This document shows, piece after piece, positions 19,656-29,679 of a stretch of 64,000 nucleotides of DNA (position 1 is the first letter of the stretch; each line of letters begins with the position of its first letter). The notes under the pieces were generated by a model that searched no databases, had not been told where the DNA came from, and saw only the letters and a program-made list of their open reading frames with translations. Both the position numbers and the translations under genes were made by a program. Source of the DNA: Longimicrobiales bacterium (GTDB lineage Bacteria; Gemmatimonadota; Gemmatimonadetes; Longimicrobiales; Gaopeijiaceae); assembly GCA_965204735.1 (NCBI GenBank), contig OZ242008.1, forward strand, positions 2,400,001-2,464,000. The letters are read 5' to 3'.

Positions 19656-20343
19656 GCCGCAGCTCCGGGGGCGGCCTGCGCCCCGTCTCTTGGGAGCCGC
19701 CGCCCCGCGAGTCGAGCGGTCCGCGCCCCGTCCCTCGGGGCGGTCGGCGACGCGTCCTTCGCCACGCCACCGCCAGCGGCACGGCCAGCGCCACCGCCAC
19801 CGCCAGCAGACCTGCGTTCATGTTCCTGACCGCCGTGGCCACGGCGTCCAAGTTGTTGCCCGCCACGTAGCCGGCACCCACCAGGCCCCCGTACCAGATC
19901 GCGGAAGCCGCCAGCAGCGGCGCCACCACCCGACCCGGCGGCTGGCCGGTCACCCCCGCGAACACCGGCACGAGCGCCCGGTATCCGGGCAGGAACCTTG
20001 CCGCGAACACCGCCCCGACGCCCCACCGCTCGTAGAAGGACGCCAGGCGGGCCAGCTGGTCCTCGGCGAGGAGCCTTCGTCCCCAGCCCCGGCGGAAGAG
20101 CCCCGGCCCCCAGCGGCGTCCGGCCCCGTAGACGGCCGTGGCCGCGCCCACGTTGAACGCCCACACGACCCCGAAGGCGGCGGCCGGGTCCACCGCGCCC
20201 AGCCCGGCCAGGAAGCCGCCGGCGACGATGAAGGTGTCGGCGGGAACCACCGGCAGCACGTTCTCCACCGCCGCCCCGGCGCCCAGCAGGGCGTACACGA
20301 GAAGGGACGGCAAGCCGGTCAGGTAGGCGAGCGCCTCTTCCAC
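19645..20343 (-). CDS. DedA-family membrane protein
   Basis: AGGAGA RBS; ENVLPVVPAD, F.RWG..AVFAARFLPGYR motifs. Confidence 0.88.
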   Translation of the reverse strand: MEEALAYLTGLPSLLVYALLGAGAAVENVLPVVPADTFIVAGGFLAGLGAVDPAAAFGVVWAFNVGAATAVYGAGRRWGPGLFRRGWGRRLLAEDQLARLASFYERWGVGAVFAARFLPGYRALVPVFAGVTGQPPGRVVAPLLAASAIWYGGLVGAGYVAGNNLDAVATAVRNMNAGLLAVAVALAVPLAVAWRRTRRRPPRGTGRGPLDSRGGGSQETGRRPPPELRRGA

Positions 20344-20354
20344 GGTGGCGTCTC

Positions 20355-20873
20355 CTAGTCGGGACCCGGGGCCGCGGCGGCTCTCCCGGCGCCCAGGACC
20401 GCGACCGCGTGGACCGCAAGGCCCTCTCCCCGCCCGATCCAGCCCATCCCCTCGTTGGTCTTGCCCTTGACCGAAACGTCGTCGGCGCCGACGCCCAGCC
20501 GTCGTGCCAGCGCGGCCCGCATCTCGCCCGCCCGGGGGCCGATCCGGGGCCGCTCGCACACCACCACCGCGTCCACGTTCCCGATCCTCCACCCGGCCCC
20601 GCGCACCAGCGCGACGGCCTTGGCCAGCAGCTCCATGGAGTCGGCGTCGCGCCACGCCTCGGCGCCCGGCGGAAAGTGGCTTCCGACGTCGCCCAAGCAA
20701 GCGGCGCCCAGCACGGCGTCGGCGACTGCGTGGGCCACCGCGTCGCCGTCGGAGTGCCCCGCCAAGCCGGGAGCGTCCGGAAAGAGGACGCCCCCCAGCA
20801 CGAGGGGGCGTTCCGGATCGAAGCGGTGGGAGTCGTAGCCGGCGCCGACCCGAACGGCCGGTCCGCCGCTCAC
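20355..20873 (-). CDS. ispF: 2-C-methyl-D-erythritol 2,4-cyclodiphosphate synthase
   Basis: RVGAGYDSHRF, GHSDGDAVAHAVADA, SVKGKTNEGMG. Confidence 0.96.
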   Translation of the reverse strand: MSGGPAVRVGAGYDSHRFDPERPLVLGGVLFPDAPGLAGHSDGDAVAHAVADAVLGAACLGDVGSHFPPGAEAWRDADSMELLAKAVALVRGAGWRIGNVDAVVVCERPRIGPRAGEMRAALARRLGVGADDVSVKGKTNEGMGWIGRGEGLAVHAVAVLGAGRAAAAPGPD

Positions 20874-22141
20874 CGGCCCCGCCCTTCCTCGTGCCGCCGG
20901 ACGGCGAGGCAGGCGTTGTGGCCGCCGAAGCCGAAGGAGTTGGTCAGGGCCAGCGCCACGGGACGCTCGATCGGCCCGCCGTGAGCGTACTCCAGGTCGC
21001 ACGCCTCGTCGGGCTCGGAGAAGTTGATCGTGGGGGGAATCTTCCCGGTACGGCACGCCATCACGCAGATCGCCGCTTCCAGCGCGCCGGCCGCTCCCAG
21101 CAGGTGTCCCGTCATGGACTTGGTGGAGCCCATCACGATCGCGTGGGCGCGAGTTCCCAGGACCGCCTTCACGGCTGCCGTCTCCGTGGCGTCGTTGTGG
21201 GGCGTGGAGGTGCCGTGGGCGTTCACGTAGTCCACGTCCTCGGGGCCGGCGCCGGCGTCGTTCAGCGCCGCCCGCATGGCGTGCTGGGCGCCGTGGGCCT
21301 CCGGCGGCGGCGCGGTGATGTGGTGGGCGTCGCCCGACGTGCCGTAGCCCGCGATCTCCGCCAGCACGGGGACGCCCCGGGCGCGGGCGTGCTCCATCTC
21401 CTCCAGCACCAGGCACGCCGCGCCCTCGCCGATGACGAAGCCGTCGCGGCCGGCGTCGAAGGGCCGGCTGGCGCCCTCCGGGTCGTCGTTTCGGGTCGAC
21501 ATGGCCTTCATCGACGCAAAGCCGGCGATCGTCAGGGGCGTCACCGCGGCTTCGGTGCCTCCCGCCAGCATGAGCGTCGCGTCGCCGCGCTCGATGAAGC
21601 GCACCGCGTCGCCGATGGCGTGGGCGCTCGACGCGCACGCGGAGACGGTGGCGTAGTTGGGGCCCTGCAGCCCGTAGCGGATCGAGACCAGCCCGGCGGC
21701 GATGTCCGGGATGAACATCGGCACGAAGAACGGGCTGACCCGTCCAGGTCCCCGGGCCACCAGCGTGCGGCAGTTGGATTCGAAGGTGTCGATGCCCCCG
21801 ACGCCGCTCCCGACGATCACGCCGAACGCGGTCGCCGGCACGCCCGGGGGCGGACCCGAGAGCCCCGCCGACGCCATCGCCTGGTCTGCCGCGGCAAGGG
21901 CGAACTGGGCGAACCGGTCGTAGCGCCGGACCTCGCGCCGGTTCATGTGGGCGGCGGGGTCGAACCCCTTGACTTCGCAGGCGATCCGCGTGGCGAACTC
22001 GGGTCCCGCGTCGAAGTGCGTGATGGGGCCGCCGCCGGGAACGCCCGCCAGCAGTCCGTCCCAGGTGGACTCCAGGTCCAGTCCGAGAGGGCTCAGGCCG
22101 CCCATCCCGGTGACGGCCACCCGCCGCCGCTGCGCTGTCAT
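20870..22141 (-). CDS. fabF: Beta-ketoacyl-ACP synthase II
   Basis: SACAS, VNAHGTST, STKSMTGHLLGAAG, NSFGFGGHN. Confidence 0.97.
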   Translation of the reverse strand: MTAQRRRVAVTGMGGLSPLGLDLESTWDGLLAGVPGGGPITHFDAGPEFATRIACEVKGFDPAAHMNRREVRRYDRFAQFALAAADQAMASAGLSGPPPGVPATAFGVIVGSGVGGIDTFESNCRTLVARGPGRVSPFFVPMFIPDIAAGLVSIRYGLQGPNYATVSACASSAHAIGDAVRFIERGDATLMLAGGTEAAVTPLTIAGFASMKAMSTRNDDPEGASRPFDAGRDGFVIGEGAACLVLEEMEHARARGVPVLAEIAGYGTSGDAHHITAPPPEAHGAQHAMRAALNDAGAGPEDVDYVNAHGTSTPHNDATETAAVKAVLGTRAHAIVMGSTKSMTGHLLGAAGALEAAICVMACRTGKIPPTINFSEPDEACDLEYAHGGPIERPVALALTNSFGFGGHNACLAVRRHEEGRGR

Positions 22142-22156
22142 CGGGCGGGTCGGCGG

Positions 22157-22414
22157 CTACGCCTTCTTCTGGATGTAGGCGACGGCGTCGCCCACGGTCC
22201 GCATCTCCTCGGCGTCCTCGTCGGGGATGTCGATCTCGAACTCCTCCTCGAACGCCATGACGAGCTCGACCGTGTCGAGCGAATCGGCGCCCAGGTCGTC
22301 GATGAACGACGCGTCCGGGCCCACCTTGTCGGCCTCGACCCCGAGTTCGTTGATGATGATCTCTTTGACCTTGGCCTGCGTTTCCTTGCGCTTGGCTTCC
22401 GTGCTGTCGGACAT
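22157..22414 (-). CDS. acpP: Acyl carrier protein
   Basis: [21 protein letters not shown]. Confidence 0.98.
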   Translation of the reverse strand: MSDSTEAKRKETQAKVKEIIINELGVEADKVGPDASFIDDLGADSLDTVELVMAFEEEFEIDIPDEDAEEMRTVGDAVAYIQKKA

Positions 22415-22498
22415 GATGACTCTCTTTGGGATCGGGCTTCGTGGGCGAGGGGCTGGTGGGAATGGGCGGGGAACTTCGCCGCGACGCGAGAGGCGCGC

Positions 22499-23248
22499 CT
22501 ACATCGCCATGCCGCCGTCGACGGCGACGACTTGGCCGGTAATGTAATGCGCTTCCGGCCCCGCCAGGAACCGGACGAGACCGGCCACGTCGGCGGGCTC
22601 TCCCAGCCGCGCCAGGGGGATGCGCCCCTTGAGCTCGGCGACCCGGGAGTCGTCCAGGCCCGCGGTCATGTCGGTTCGGACGAAGCCCGGCGCCACGGCG
22701 TTGCAGCGGACGTTGCGCGAGGCGAGCTCCTTGGCGACGGCCTTGGTCAGCCCGTGGAGCCCGGCCTTGGAGGCGGCGTAGTTGGCCTGTCCGGCGTTGC
22801 CCACGAGGCCGATCACCGAGCTGACGTTCACGATCGACCCGCTTCGGCGCTTCATCATCCCGCGGGCGACGGCGCGGATCATGTTGAAGGCGCCCTTCAG
22901 GTTGGTGTCCAGGACCTGGGACCAGTCGTCGTCCCGGAGGCGTAGCAGGATGCCGTCGCGAGCGATTCCCGCGTTGTTGACCAGGATCGACACGGGTCCG
23001 TGCTCGCTCTGGGCGGACGCCGCAGTCTCGCGGCACGCCGCCGGGTCGGCCACGTCGCAGGCGCGGCCGGAGTGTCCCCTGCCCGGAAGCTCCGCAGCCG
23101 CGGCGGCGGCGCCTTCCCCGTTCCGGGCGGCGACCACCACCTGGGCGCCGCCGCGGGCCAGGGCGTGGGCGACGGCCAGTCCGATCCCCCGGGAGCCGCC
23201 GGTGACGAGGGCGACTTGGCCCGCCAGCTCCCCGCTTGCCGGGTTCAC
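22499..23248 (-). CDS. fabG: 3-oxoacyl-ACP reductase
   Basis: TGGSRGIG, NNAGI, NYAASKAG; operon position. Confidence 0.96.
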   Translation of the reverse strand: MNPASGELAGQVALVTGGSRGIGLAVAHALARGGAQVVVAARNGEGAAAAAAELPGRGHSGRACDVADPAACRETAASAQSEHGPVSILVNNAGIARDGILLRLRDDDWSQVLDTNLKGAFNMIRAVARGMMKRRSGSIVNVSSVIGLVGNAGQANYAASKAGLHGLTKAVAKELASRNVRCNAVAPGFVRTDMTAGLDDSRVAELKGRIPLARLGEPADVAGLVRFLAGPEAHYITGQVVAVDGGMAM

Positions 23249-24177
23249 CGGGCGGCCTTCAGCGCCGCAACGGCCGCCGGGGAGCCGAGGGGCTCGGTGA
23301 GCGCTCCCTTGGCGTTCCGCCGGTTGAGTCCCGTCAGCACCTTGCCCGGCCCCAGCTCCGCGAAGCGGGTCGCGCCCAGCTCCAGCATCCGCGCCACGCA
23401 CTCGGTCCACCGGACGGGCGAAGTGAGTTGGCGCACCAGAAGCTCCCGGATCGGGGCCGGGTCCCCTGGCACGGCCTCGGCGGTCACGTTGGAAACCACG
23501 GGGAACGACGGGGGCTTCATCGGCGTCGCCGCGAGCTGCTGCCGGAACTCGTCCGCGACCGGTCCCATGAGGGGCGAATGGAACGCGGCCGACACGTCCA
23601 GCGCCACGACCTTCCTGGCCCCCCGTTCCTTCGCGGCCTCGGCGAGCCGCTGCACGGCGGCCGCTTGGCCGCTGACCACGACCTGCCCGGCGGCGTTGAG
23701 GTTGGCCGGCACCACCACCATGCCCTCTTCCCGGGCTTGGTCGCACAGTGCGGCAACCGCCTCCAGCTCCATGCCCATCACGGCCGCCATCGTCCCCGGC
23801 GCCGTGTCGTTCGCTCGGGCCATCAGCTCGCCCCGGCGCCGGACCGCCCGCAGCCCGTCGGCGAACGACCAGGTGCCTGCCGCGCAGTGGGCCGAGAGCT
23901 CGCCCAGGGAGTGTCCGGCCGCGGCCGCCACCGGCCCCAGTCGCTCCCGGACCACTCGGAAGACGGCGGTCGAGTGCGCGTAGAGCGCGGGCTGGGCGCT
24001 CTCCGTGCTGGTGAGGGCGTCCGCCGGGCCTTCCCACATGAGGCGGGAGAGGGCGAAGCCCAGGACGTCGTCGGCTTCCTCGAAGGTGCGGGCCGCGACG
24101 GGGTGCGCCTCGGCCAGCTCCCGGCCCATCCCCACGTGCTGGGCGCCCTGTCCAGGGAAGAGAAGTCCGACGCTCAC
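23245..24177 (-). CDS. fabD: Malonyl-CoA:ACP transacylase
   Basis: FPGQGAQ, GHSLGE, AFHS. Confidence 0.97.
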   Translation of the reverse strand: MSVGLLFPGQGAQHVGMGRELAEAHPVAARTFEEADDVLGFALSRLMWEGPADALTSTESAQPALYAHSTAVFRVVRERLGPVAAAAGHSLGELSAHCAAGTWSFADGLRAVRRRGELMARANDTAPGTMAAVMGMELEAVAALCDQAREEGMVVVPANLNAAGQVVVSGQAAAVQRLAEAAKERGARKVVALDVSAAFHSPLMGPVADEFRQQLAATPMKPPSFPVVSNVTAEAVPGDPAPIRELLVRQLTSPVRWTECVARMLELGATRFAELGPGKVLTGLNRRNAKGALTEPLGSPAAVAALKAAR

Positions 24178-24225
24178 GGAGCGGCGAGTCCCGATTCCGC
24201 CACTGGATCTTGGCCGGGCGCCGCG

Positions 24226-24310
24226 CCTCCGCCGGCCACTGGACCTCCGCCTGCCACCGGACTTCCGCCGGCCACTGGACCTGCGCCTGCCACCGGACCT
24301 CGGCCTACCA
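24226..24310. repeat. 18-bp minisatellite, ~4.5 copies, alternating A/B units
   Basis: cctccgccggccactgga / cctccgcctgccaccgga / cttccgccggccactgga / cctgcgcctgccaccgga / partial. Confidence 0.9.
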
Positions 24311-25333
24311 CCGCAGGGCCATGGCGCCCCAGGTCAGCCCCGCGCCGAACGCCGTGGCAAGCACGACAGACCCCGGCCCGATCCGTCCTTCCTCCTCGGC
24401 CTCGTCCAGCGCCACGGGAATCGTTGCCGACGAGATGTTGCCGTAGCGGTGCAGGTTCACGAACACCTTCTCCATCGGTATTCGCGAGTACCGGGCGGTG
24501 GACTCGATGATCCGAATGTTGGCTTGGTGGGGCACCATCAGGTCCACGTCGTCGCTCGTCATGCCCGCGTCGTCGAGGACGCGGGTCCCGGCGGCCGCCA
24601 TCGACTTCACCGCCGACTTGAAGACCTCGCGGCCCGACATCCGCAGCAGGTGCTCCTTCTTGCGCACCGCCTCCTCGTCCAGGGGCTTGGCGCTGCCGCC
24701 GGCCGCCCGCTGCAAGAGGCTCGCCATGTCGCCGTCGGAGCGATGGAAGCTGGAGAGGATGCCTTGGCCGTCGGGCCGGCCCTGCCCGGCGCCCTTTCCC
24801 CGTCCGTTCTCCGCGCGCTGGACCACCGCCGCCCCCGCGCCGTCGCCGAAGAGGATGCACGTCGCCCGGTCGTCCCAGTCCACGATCGACGACATCTTCT
24901 CGGTGGCCACAATCAGCACCGTCTCGGCCCGGCCCGCCGCCAAGCAGCCCTCGGCCACGGAAAGCGCGTAGAGGAACCCGCTGCAGGCGGCGTGGAGGTC
25001 GAACGCCATCGACCGCCGGGAGGCGCCGATCCGCGACTGGATCTCGCAGGAAGTGGAGGGCAGCCAGTGGTTCGGGGTCGCCGTCGTGACGATCAGGGCG
25101 TCCACGTCGGCCGGCGCCACTCCGGCCTTCTCCAGCGCGTTTCGGGCGGCCCGCTCTCCCATGTCCACCGGCGTGGTCTCGTCGGACGCCAAGCGCCGCT
25201 CCAGGATGCCCGTCCGTTCGACGATCCACTCGTTGCTGGTGTCCACCATGCGTTCCAGGTCCGCGTTGGTGAGGACCCTTTCCGGGAGGTGCCGGCCGGT
25301 GGAGACGATCCGGGCCGTGGGCGCGCCGCTCAC
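24305..25333 (-). CDS. fabH: Beta-ketoacyl-ACP synthase III
   Basis: AACSGF, LFGDGAGA, PHQAN, GNISSATIP. Confidence 0.96.
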   Translation of the reverse strand: MSGAPTARIVSTGRHLPERVLTNADLERMVDTSNEWIVERTGILERRLASDETTPVDMGERAARNALEKAGVAPADVDALIVTTATPNHWLPSTSCEIQSRIGASRRSMAFDLHAACSGFLYALSVAEGCLAAGRAETVLIVATEKMSSIVDWDDRATCILFGDGAGAAVVQRAENGRGKGAGQGRPDGQGILSSFHRSDGDMASLLQRAAGGSAKPLDEEAVRKKEHLLRMSGREVFKSAVKSMAAAGTRVLDDAGMTSDDVDLMVPHQANIRIIESTARYSRIPMEKVFVNLHRYGNISSATIPVALDEAEEEGRIGPGSVVLATAFGAGLTWGAMALRW

Positions 25334-26292
25334 GACGCCAAGTCCCGCGCCATGTGGGCCACCATGTCTCGGCGCACGGCCCGGGCCGCGACGCCGATCG
25401 CGGCCCCGATCGCCTTGGGAGGCGACCCGCCGTGGCAGATGATGCTCACGCCGTTCACGCCCAGAAGGGGCTCGCCCCCGCGCTCCGTGTAGTCGAACAT
25501 GCGGAAGACCTCTTCGATGCCGTCGTTCATCCGCTCCGGGTCCATGCGCGAGCGGAGCTTGTGCACCAGGAACCCGGCCACCGACTCGTAGAACTTGAGG
25601 AGCACGTTGCCTACGAAGCCGTCGCAGACCAGCACGTCGCATGGGTGATGGATGATGTCGCGCCCCTCGACGTTGCCGACGAAGCGCAAGTCGCTGCGGG
25701 AGAGGAGGCGGTGGGCCTCGAGGACCATTTCGGAACCCTTCGTCGGCTCGGCGCCCACGTTGAGGAGCCCGATGCGAGGGCGGGCGACGCCCAGCAGGTC
25801 GTGCATGTAGATCGCGCCGAGGCGGGCGAACTGCAGGAGCTGCCCAGGCCGACATTCGATGTTGGCGCCCGAGTCCGCCAGCAGGGTGGGTCCCTTGGAG
25901 GTGGGCAGCAGGGCTCCGACGGTGGGCCGGTCCACTCCGGCCAGCGAGCGAAGCACTTGCAGAGAGGCGGCCATCACGGCGCCTGTGGAGCCGGCGGAGA
26001 CGAATGCGTCGGCGTCGCCCGACTTCTGGAGGCCCAGTCCGACGCCGATTGACGACCGGGGCCGACGCCGAAGGGCGCGAGCGGGGGCGTCGGCGGAGGT
26101 GATCCGGTCCGGCGCGTGGACGAGGCCGATCCGATCCGTGTCCGGGTACTGCTTCAGCGACTCGGCGACGACGGCTTCGTCGCCCACCAGGAGGACCCGC
26201 AGCTCCGGGTCCGCGCTCACGGCGGAAACGGCGCCGGCCACCTCCACGGACGGAGCGTCGTCCGTCCCCATCGCGTCGAGGGCGATCCGCAT
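25330..26292 (-). CDS. plsX: Phosphate acyltransferase
   Basis: MRIALDAMG, VSAGSTGA, GNVEG, DGFVGN. Confidence 0.96.
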   Translation of the reverse strand: MRIALDAMGTDDAPSVEVAGAVSAVSADPELRVLLVGDEAVVAESLKQYPDTDRIGLVHAPDRITSADAPARALRRRPRSSIGVGLGLQKSGDADAFVSAGSTGAVMAASLQVLRSLAGVDRPTVGALLPTSKGPTLLADSGANIECRPGQLLQFARLGAIYMHDLLGVARPRIGLLNVGAEPTKGSEMVLEAHRLLSRSDLRFVGNVEGRDIIHHPCDVLVCDGFVGNVLLKFYESVAGFLVHKLRSRMDPERMNDGIEEVFRMFDYTERGGEPLLGVNGVSIICHGGSPPKAIGAAIGVAARAVRRDMVAHMARDLAS

Positions 26293-26329
26293 CGGCGTCG
26301 GTTGCGCGTGCCCTTCCTCCAGGGCGGGG

Positions 26330-26512
26330 CTAGTCCTCCCTGGGCTCGAAGATCAGCTTGCCCCGGTACATGCCCGAAGTCGGGCAGACCCGATGGCGGA
26401 GCGTGGGGTCGCCGGTCTTCGAACACGTGCCCAAGGTCGCTTCCCGCGCCTTGTAGTGGGTCCGGCGCTTCCGCTTTCGCTGCTTGGAGACCCTTCTCTT
26501 TGGAACGGCCAC
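26330..26512 (-). CDS. rpmF: 50S ribosomal protein L32
   Basis: MAVPKRRVSK, HRVCP..G.YRG. Confidence 0.96.
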   Translation of the reverse strand: MAVPKRRVSKQRKRKRRTHYKAREATLGTCSKTGDPTLRHRVCPTSGMYRGKLIFEPRED

Positions 26513-26527
26513 GGTGGGTTTTCCTTT

Positions 26528-27061
26528 CTAGTTGGCTTGGTCGGAGCGCAGGGCCTGGAGCGCCGCCCACCTGGGGTCGGTCTCCGTCTCCGCTTCTCTC
26601 GGCCCTGCGCGGAAGCGTTCGACGGGACGTCCGCAATCTAGGCAGCGGCCGTCGTCCCCCTCGGCCGGGAGGACGTAGCGCGGCGCCTCCAGCAGGACCT
26701 CCTCGCGAATCGCGTCCTTCAAGTCCAGCGTGTTCGCCCGGTCGTCCAGAAGCCGCACGTCGGGGTCGTCCCGCTCGACCGACTCCCATCTGTCCCGGGG
26801 CATGTAGAGGAGGCTCATCGGCTTTCCGACGCGAAGACGAAGTTCTTCCAGGCAGCGACCGCACTCTTGGTCGACGACGGACTTCCAGGAACCCCGCACC
26901 AGGACGCCGCCGTCGGCCGCGATCGAGGCGGCGCCCGTCACGTCCACGGGTTCGGCGAAGGCGATCCCGGAGCCCTTCCAAAGCCCGGCCTCCGGTCCTA
27001 TCGCCCCGCGAACCGGGAGCGTCCGCTCCCTCCAGAGGCGAAGCAAGTCGACCGTCAGCAT
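26528..27061 (-). CDS. yceD: DUF177/YceD-family protein
   Basis: CGRCL, LDL..AIREEVLL..P, DPRWAAL; directly upstream of rpmF. Confidence 0.9.
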   Translation of the reverse strand: MLTVDLLRLWRERTLPVRGAIGPEAGLWKGSGIAFAEPVDVTGAASIAADGGVLVRGSWKSVVDQECGRCLEELRLRVGKPMSLLYMPRDRWESVERDDPDVRLLDDRANTLDLKDAIREEVLLEAPRYVLPAEGDDGRCLDCGRPVERFRAGPREAETETDPRWAALQALRSDQAN

Positions 27062-27073
27062 CTCACTTGGAGT

Positions 27074-27103
27074 AGAGTAGCCGACCGCACGGGGGCGCGT
27101 CAA
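27074..27103 (-). promoter_or_regulatory. Possible sigma70 promoter for yceD-rpmF-plsX-fab
   Basis: TTGACG-N18-TACTCT, ending 12 nt before the yceD ATG. Confidence 0.45.
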
Positions 27104-27120
27104 CGAGGGGCGGGAGCGCG

Positions 27121-27552
27121 TCAACGCGGACGGGACCGTTCCAGCACGTCCGACCCGGAGAAGAAGAAGCCGATCTCCCGACGGGCGTTCTGGTTGGAAT
27201 CGGAGCCGTGGATCGCGTTGCGCTCGACGGACTCGGCGTAGAGCCGGCGGACGGTGCCTTCGGCGGCCTGGGCCGGGTCGGTCGCGCCGATCGCCTGGCG
27301 AAGACGGGCGACCGCGTCTTCGGCCTCCAGGACGATGGGAATGCACGGACCCGAGGTCATGAACGCGACGAGCGACGGGTAGAAGGGACGCTCCCTGTGG
27401 ACTTCGTAGAAGGAGCGGGCCTGGAGCTGGGTGAGGGTGGTCATCCGCAGGGCGCGAACAGCGAAGCCGGACGACTCGAGATGGGCGATGATCCTTCCGG
27501 CGTGCCCGGCGGCGGTGGCGTCGGGCTTGATGATCGCGAGGGTCTGGCTCAT
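27121..27552 (-). CDS. ndk: Nucleoside diphosphate kinase
   Basis: TLAIIKPDA, FMTSGP, NAIHGSDS. Confidence 0.97.
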   Translation of the reverse strand: MSQTLAIIKPDATAAGHAGRIIAHLESSGFAVRALRMTTLTQLQARSFYEVHRERPFYPSLVAFMTSGPCIPIVLEAEDAVARLRQAIGATDPAQAAEGTVRRLYAESVERNAIHGSDSNQNARREIGFFFSGSDVLERSRPR

Positions 27553-27634
27553 CGAGGGTGTTCGGCGGGGGGCGTGGGGAACGGGCGCCGCGGCGCTGCG
27601 GAGAGTTGTACGCAATCAACGTTCTCGACCGGCG

Positions 27635-28624
27635 TCAACCGTTCGCTCCCGTCGTCCGCTTCGCTCGCGCCGAGGAGTCGGCCACGGTGTCGGCGAAGGC
27701 GCGCATCACGGCGGCCCGGCCGAGGAAGCCGATCATCTCGCCGTCCCTGACCACCGGAAGCTGGGCCACGCCCTGCTCGACCATTGCCCTGCCCGCCTCG
27801 GCCAGCCCTTCTTCCGGCGCCACGCAGAGCACCGAGCGGTTCATGACGTCCCGGGCGACCAGATGCGCGGCGCCCGCCGGGCTCTCCTCCTGGCGGGGGA
27901 GGACGTGGGGCAGGAGGTCTGCCGCCGTGATCACCCCCATCACCTCCCTCTGCCCGCCCACCACGGGAACCGCCGACAGCGCCCGTCCGAGCATCAGGTG
28001 CTGAACGTCGGCGACGGAAGTGTCGGGGTAGACCCGGTAGGAGAGCGGCGCGACCACGTCCTCCACGGCAACCCGCTCCTTCACGCTCGTCCGGGCGAAC
28101 TCGCTGGAGGACAGCAGGCCGTCCAGGTCGCTCCGCGTCCGTCGCTTGGGAAGGTCCGCCGAGAGGCGGCGCAGGGCCGGCGCAAGGAAGAGGTTGACGG
28201 ACGGAACCGAGAGCCCCCAGACGATCCAAGCCGCCCGTTCGACGGGCGCCGCCGGGTCCGGCGAGTCGTGGGGGGCGAAGAGGTCGAGAGCGGGGAAGAG
28301 GTCGGGGGCGGGGGCCGACCCGGGAGCGTCTGGGGGACCCTCGCCGGGCGACCCAGGAGGGTCCAGGGGACCTGAGACTCCCAGCAGCAGTCCGGGCTCG
28401 CCTTCGGCCGCCTCGGCGCGGAGCCCGCCCACGTCGAGGAGCCGGAAGCCGGCGGCGAGCTTCAGGTCTCGGGGGACCTGGCCGGCGTCGGCGGCGCGAC
28501 GAAGGGCCTGGGCGAAGGGGTGGGACCGGCCGAGCCGGGCGGCCAAGGCGTCCAGGGAAGCCGGGCGGTCCTCTCCGATCCCGGCGGCCGTTCGGGGCTC
28601 CGCCAGCATGTCGCCGAGCTTCAT
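27635..28624 (-). CDS. CBS-pair protein with unassigned N-terminal region
   Basis: C-terminal CBS motifs (AVPVVG..EVMGVIT.ADL; ARDVMNR; LPVVRDGEMIGFL). Confidence 0.75.
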   Translation of the reverse strand: MKLGDMLAEPRTAAGIGEDRPASLDALAARLGRSHPFAQALRRAADAGQVPRDLKLAAGFRLLDVGGLRAEAAEGEPGLLLGVSGPLDPPGSPGEGPPDAPGSAPAPDLFPALDLFAPHDSPDPAAPVERAAWIVWGLSVPSVNLFLAPALRRLSADLPKRRTRSDLDGLLSSSEFARTSVKERVAVEDVVAPLSYRVYPDTSVADVQHLMLGRALSAVPVVGGQREVMGVITAADLLPHVLPRQEESPAGAAHLVARDVMNRSVLCVAPEEGLAEAGRAMVEQGVAQLPVVRDGEMIGFLGRAAVMRAFADTVADSSARAKRTTGANG

Positions 28625-28744
28625 GGCGTCGTGGTCGTCGGAGGCGTCGTGGCCATGGGACTCGGGCGTCGGCGGCTCGGGGCGGAAACGCCTCGGGCGC
28701 GGCCGCGCCGCCGTGCGCGAGCGGTCTGCCGCCGGGCCGCTGGA

Positions 28745-29635
28745 TCAGCGACCCAGCAGCTCGCCGACCAGCTTGGATATCTCGGCTGGGCGCCTGGCCA
28801 CCGGGATTCCATTGTCCTCGAACGCCTTGGTCTTCTCTTCGGCCGTGCCCGCGGCGCCGCTGATGATCGCGCCGGCGTGGCCCATGCGCTTTCCCGGAGG
28901 CGCGGTTCTGCCGGCGATGAAGCCGACCGCCGGAATCTTCAGCCGCCGGCCGGCCCACTCCGCGGCTTCCTGCTCGGCCGTGCCGCCGATCTCGCCGATC
29001 AGGGCCACCGCCTTGGTGTCCGGGTCGGCGGCGAAGGCCTTCAGGCAATCCACGAAGGTGGTGCCGATCAGCGGGTCGCCGCCGATGCCGACGCAGGTCG
29101 TCTGTCCCAGCCCGTCGCGGGTAAGGTGGTGGACGGCCTCGTAGGTCAGCGTGCCGGAGCGGGAGACCAGCCCCACCGGACCCGGCGTCACGATGTTGCC
29201 GGGGATGATGCCCAGCTTGGCCTTGCCGGGAGAGATCAGCCCCGGGCAGTTGGGTCCCAGGACGCGGCATCCGCGATCCCTTGCAAGGGCGTGGGCTCGG
29301 GTCATGTCGAGCACCGGGATGCCTTCCGTCACGCACACGACCAAGCCGACGCCGGCGTCGGCCGCCTCCATGATCGCCCCCGCCGCGAACGCCGGCGGCA
29401 CGTAGACCACGGCGGCGTCGGCCCCCCCGGTCTCGGCCGCCGCGTCGGCCACCGTGTCGAAGACGGGCACGGAGCCGCCGTCCGGTCCCTCGAAGCGCCG
29501 CCCGCCCTTCCCCGGCGTCACTCCCGCGACCACGCGCGTGCCGTAGGCGATCATCTGGCGCGTGTGGAAGGAGCCGTCTCGACCGGTGATCCCCTGCACG
29601 ATCACGCGGGTGCTCTCGTCTGCGAATATCGACAT
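28745..29635 (-). CDS. sucD: Succinyl-CoA synthetase alpha subunit
   Basis: [27 protein letters not shown]. Confidence 0.97.
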   Translation of the reverse strand: MSIFADESTRVIVQGITGRDGSFHTRQMIAYGTRVVAGVTPGKGGRRFEGPDGGSVPVFDTVADAAAETGGADAAVVYVPPAFAAGAIMEAADAGVGLVVCVTEGIPVLDMTRAHALARDRGCRVLGPNCPGLISPGKAKLGIIPGNIVTPGPVGLVSRSGTLTYEAVHHLTRDGLGQTTCVGIGGDPLIGTTFVDCLKAFAADPDTKAVALIGEIGGTAEQEAAEWAGRRLKIPAVGFIAGRTAPPGKRMGHAGAIISGAAGTAEEKTKAFEDNGIPVARRPAEISKLVGELLGR

Positions 29636-29679
29636 CGATCGTCTAGTAGTTGCTGGGATCGTCCAGTTGCTGGGTTGGG

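Noticed and set aside
24226..24310. Possible CRISPR array (also 37540-37860 and 31249-31360)
   Set aside because: Contiguous tandem units without unique spacers; no cas genes in the window.
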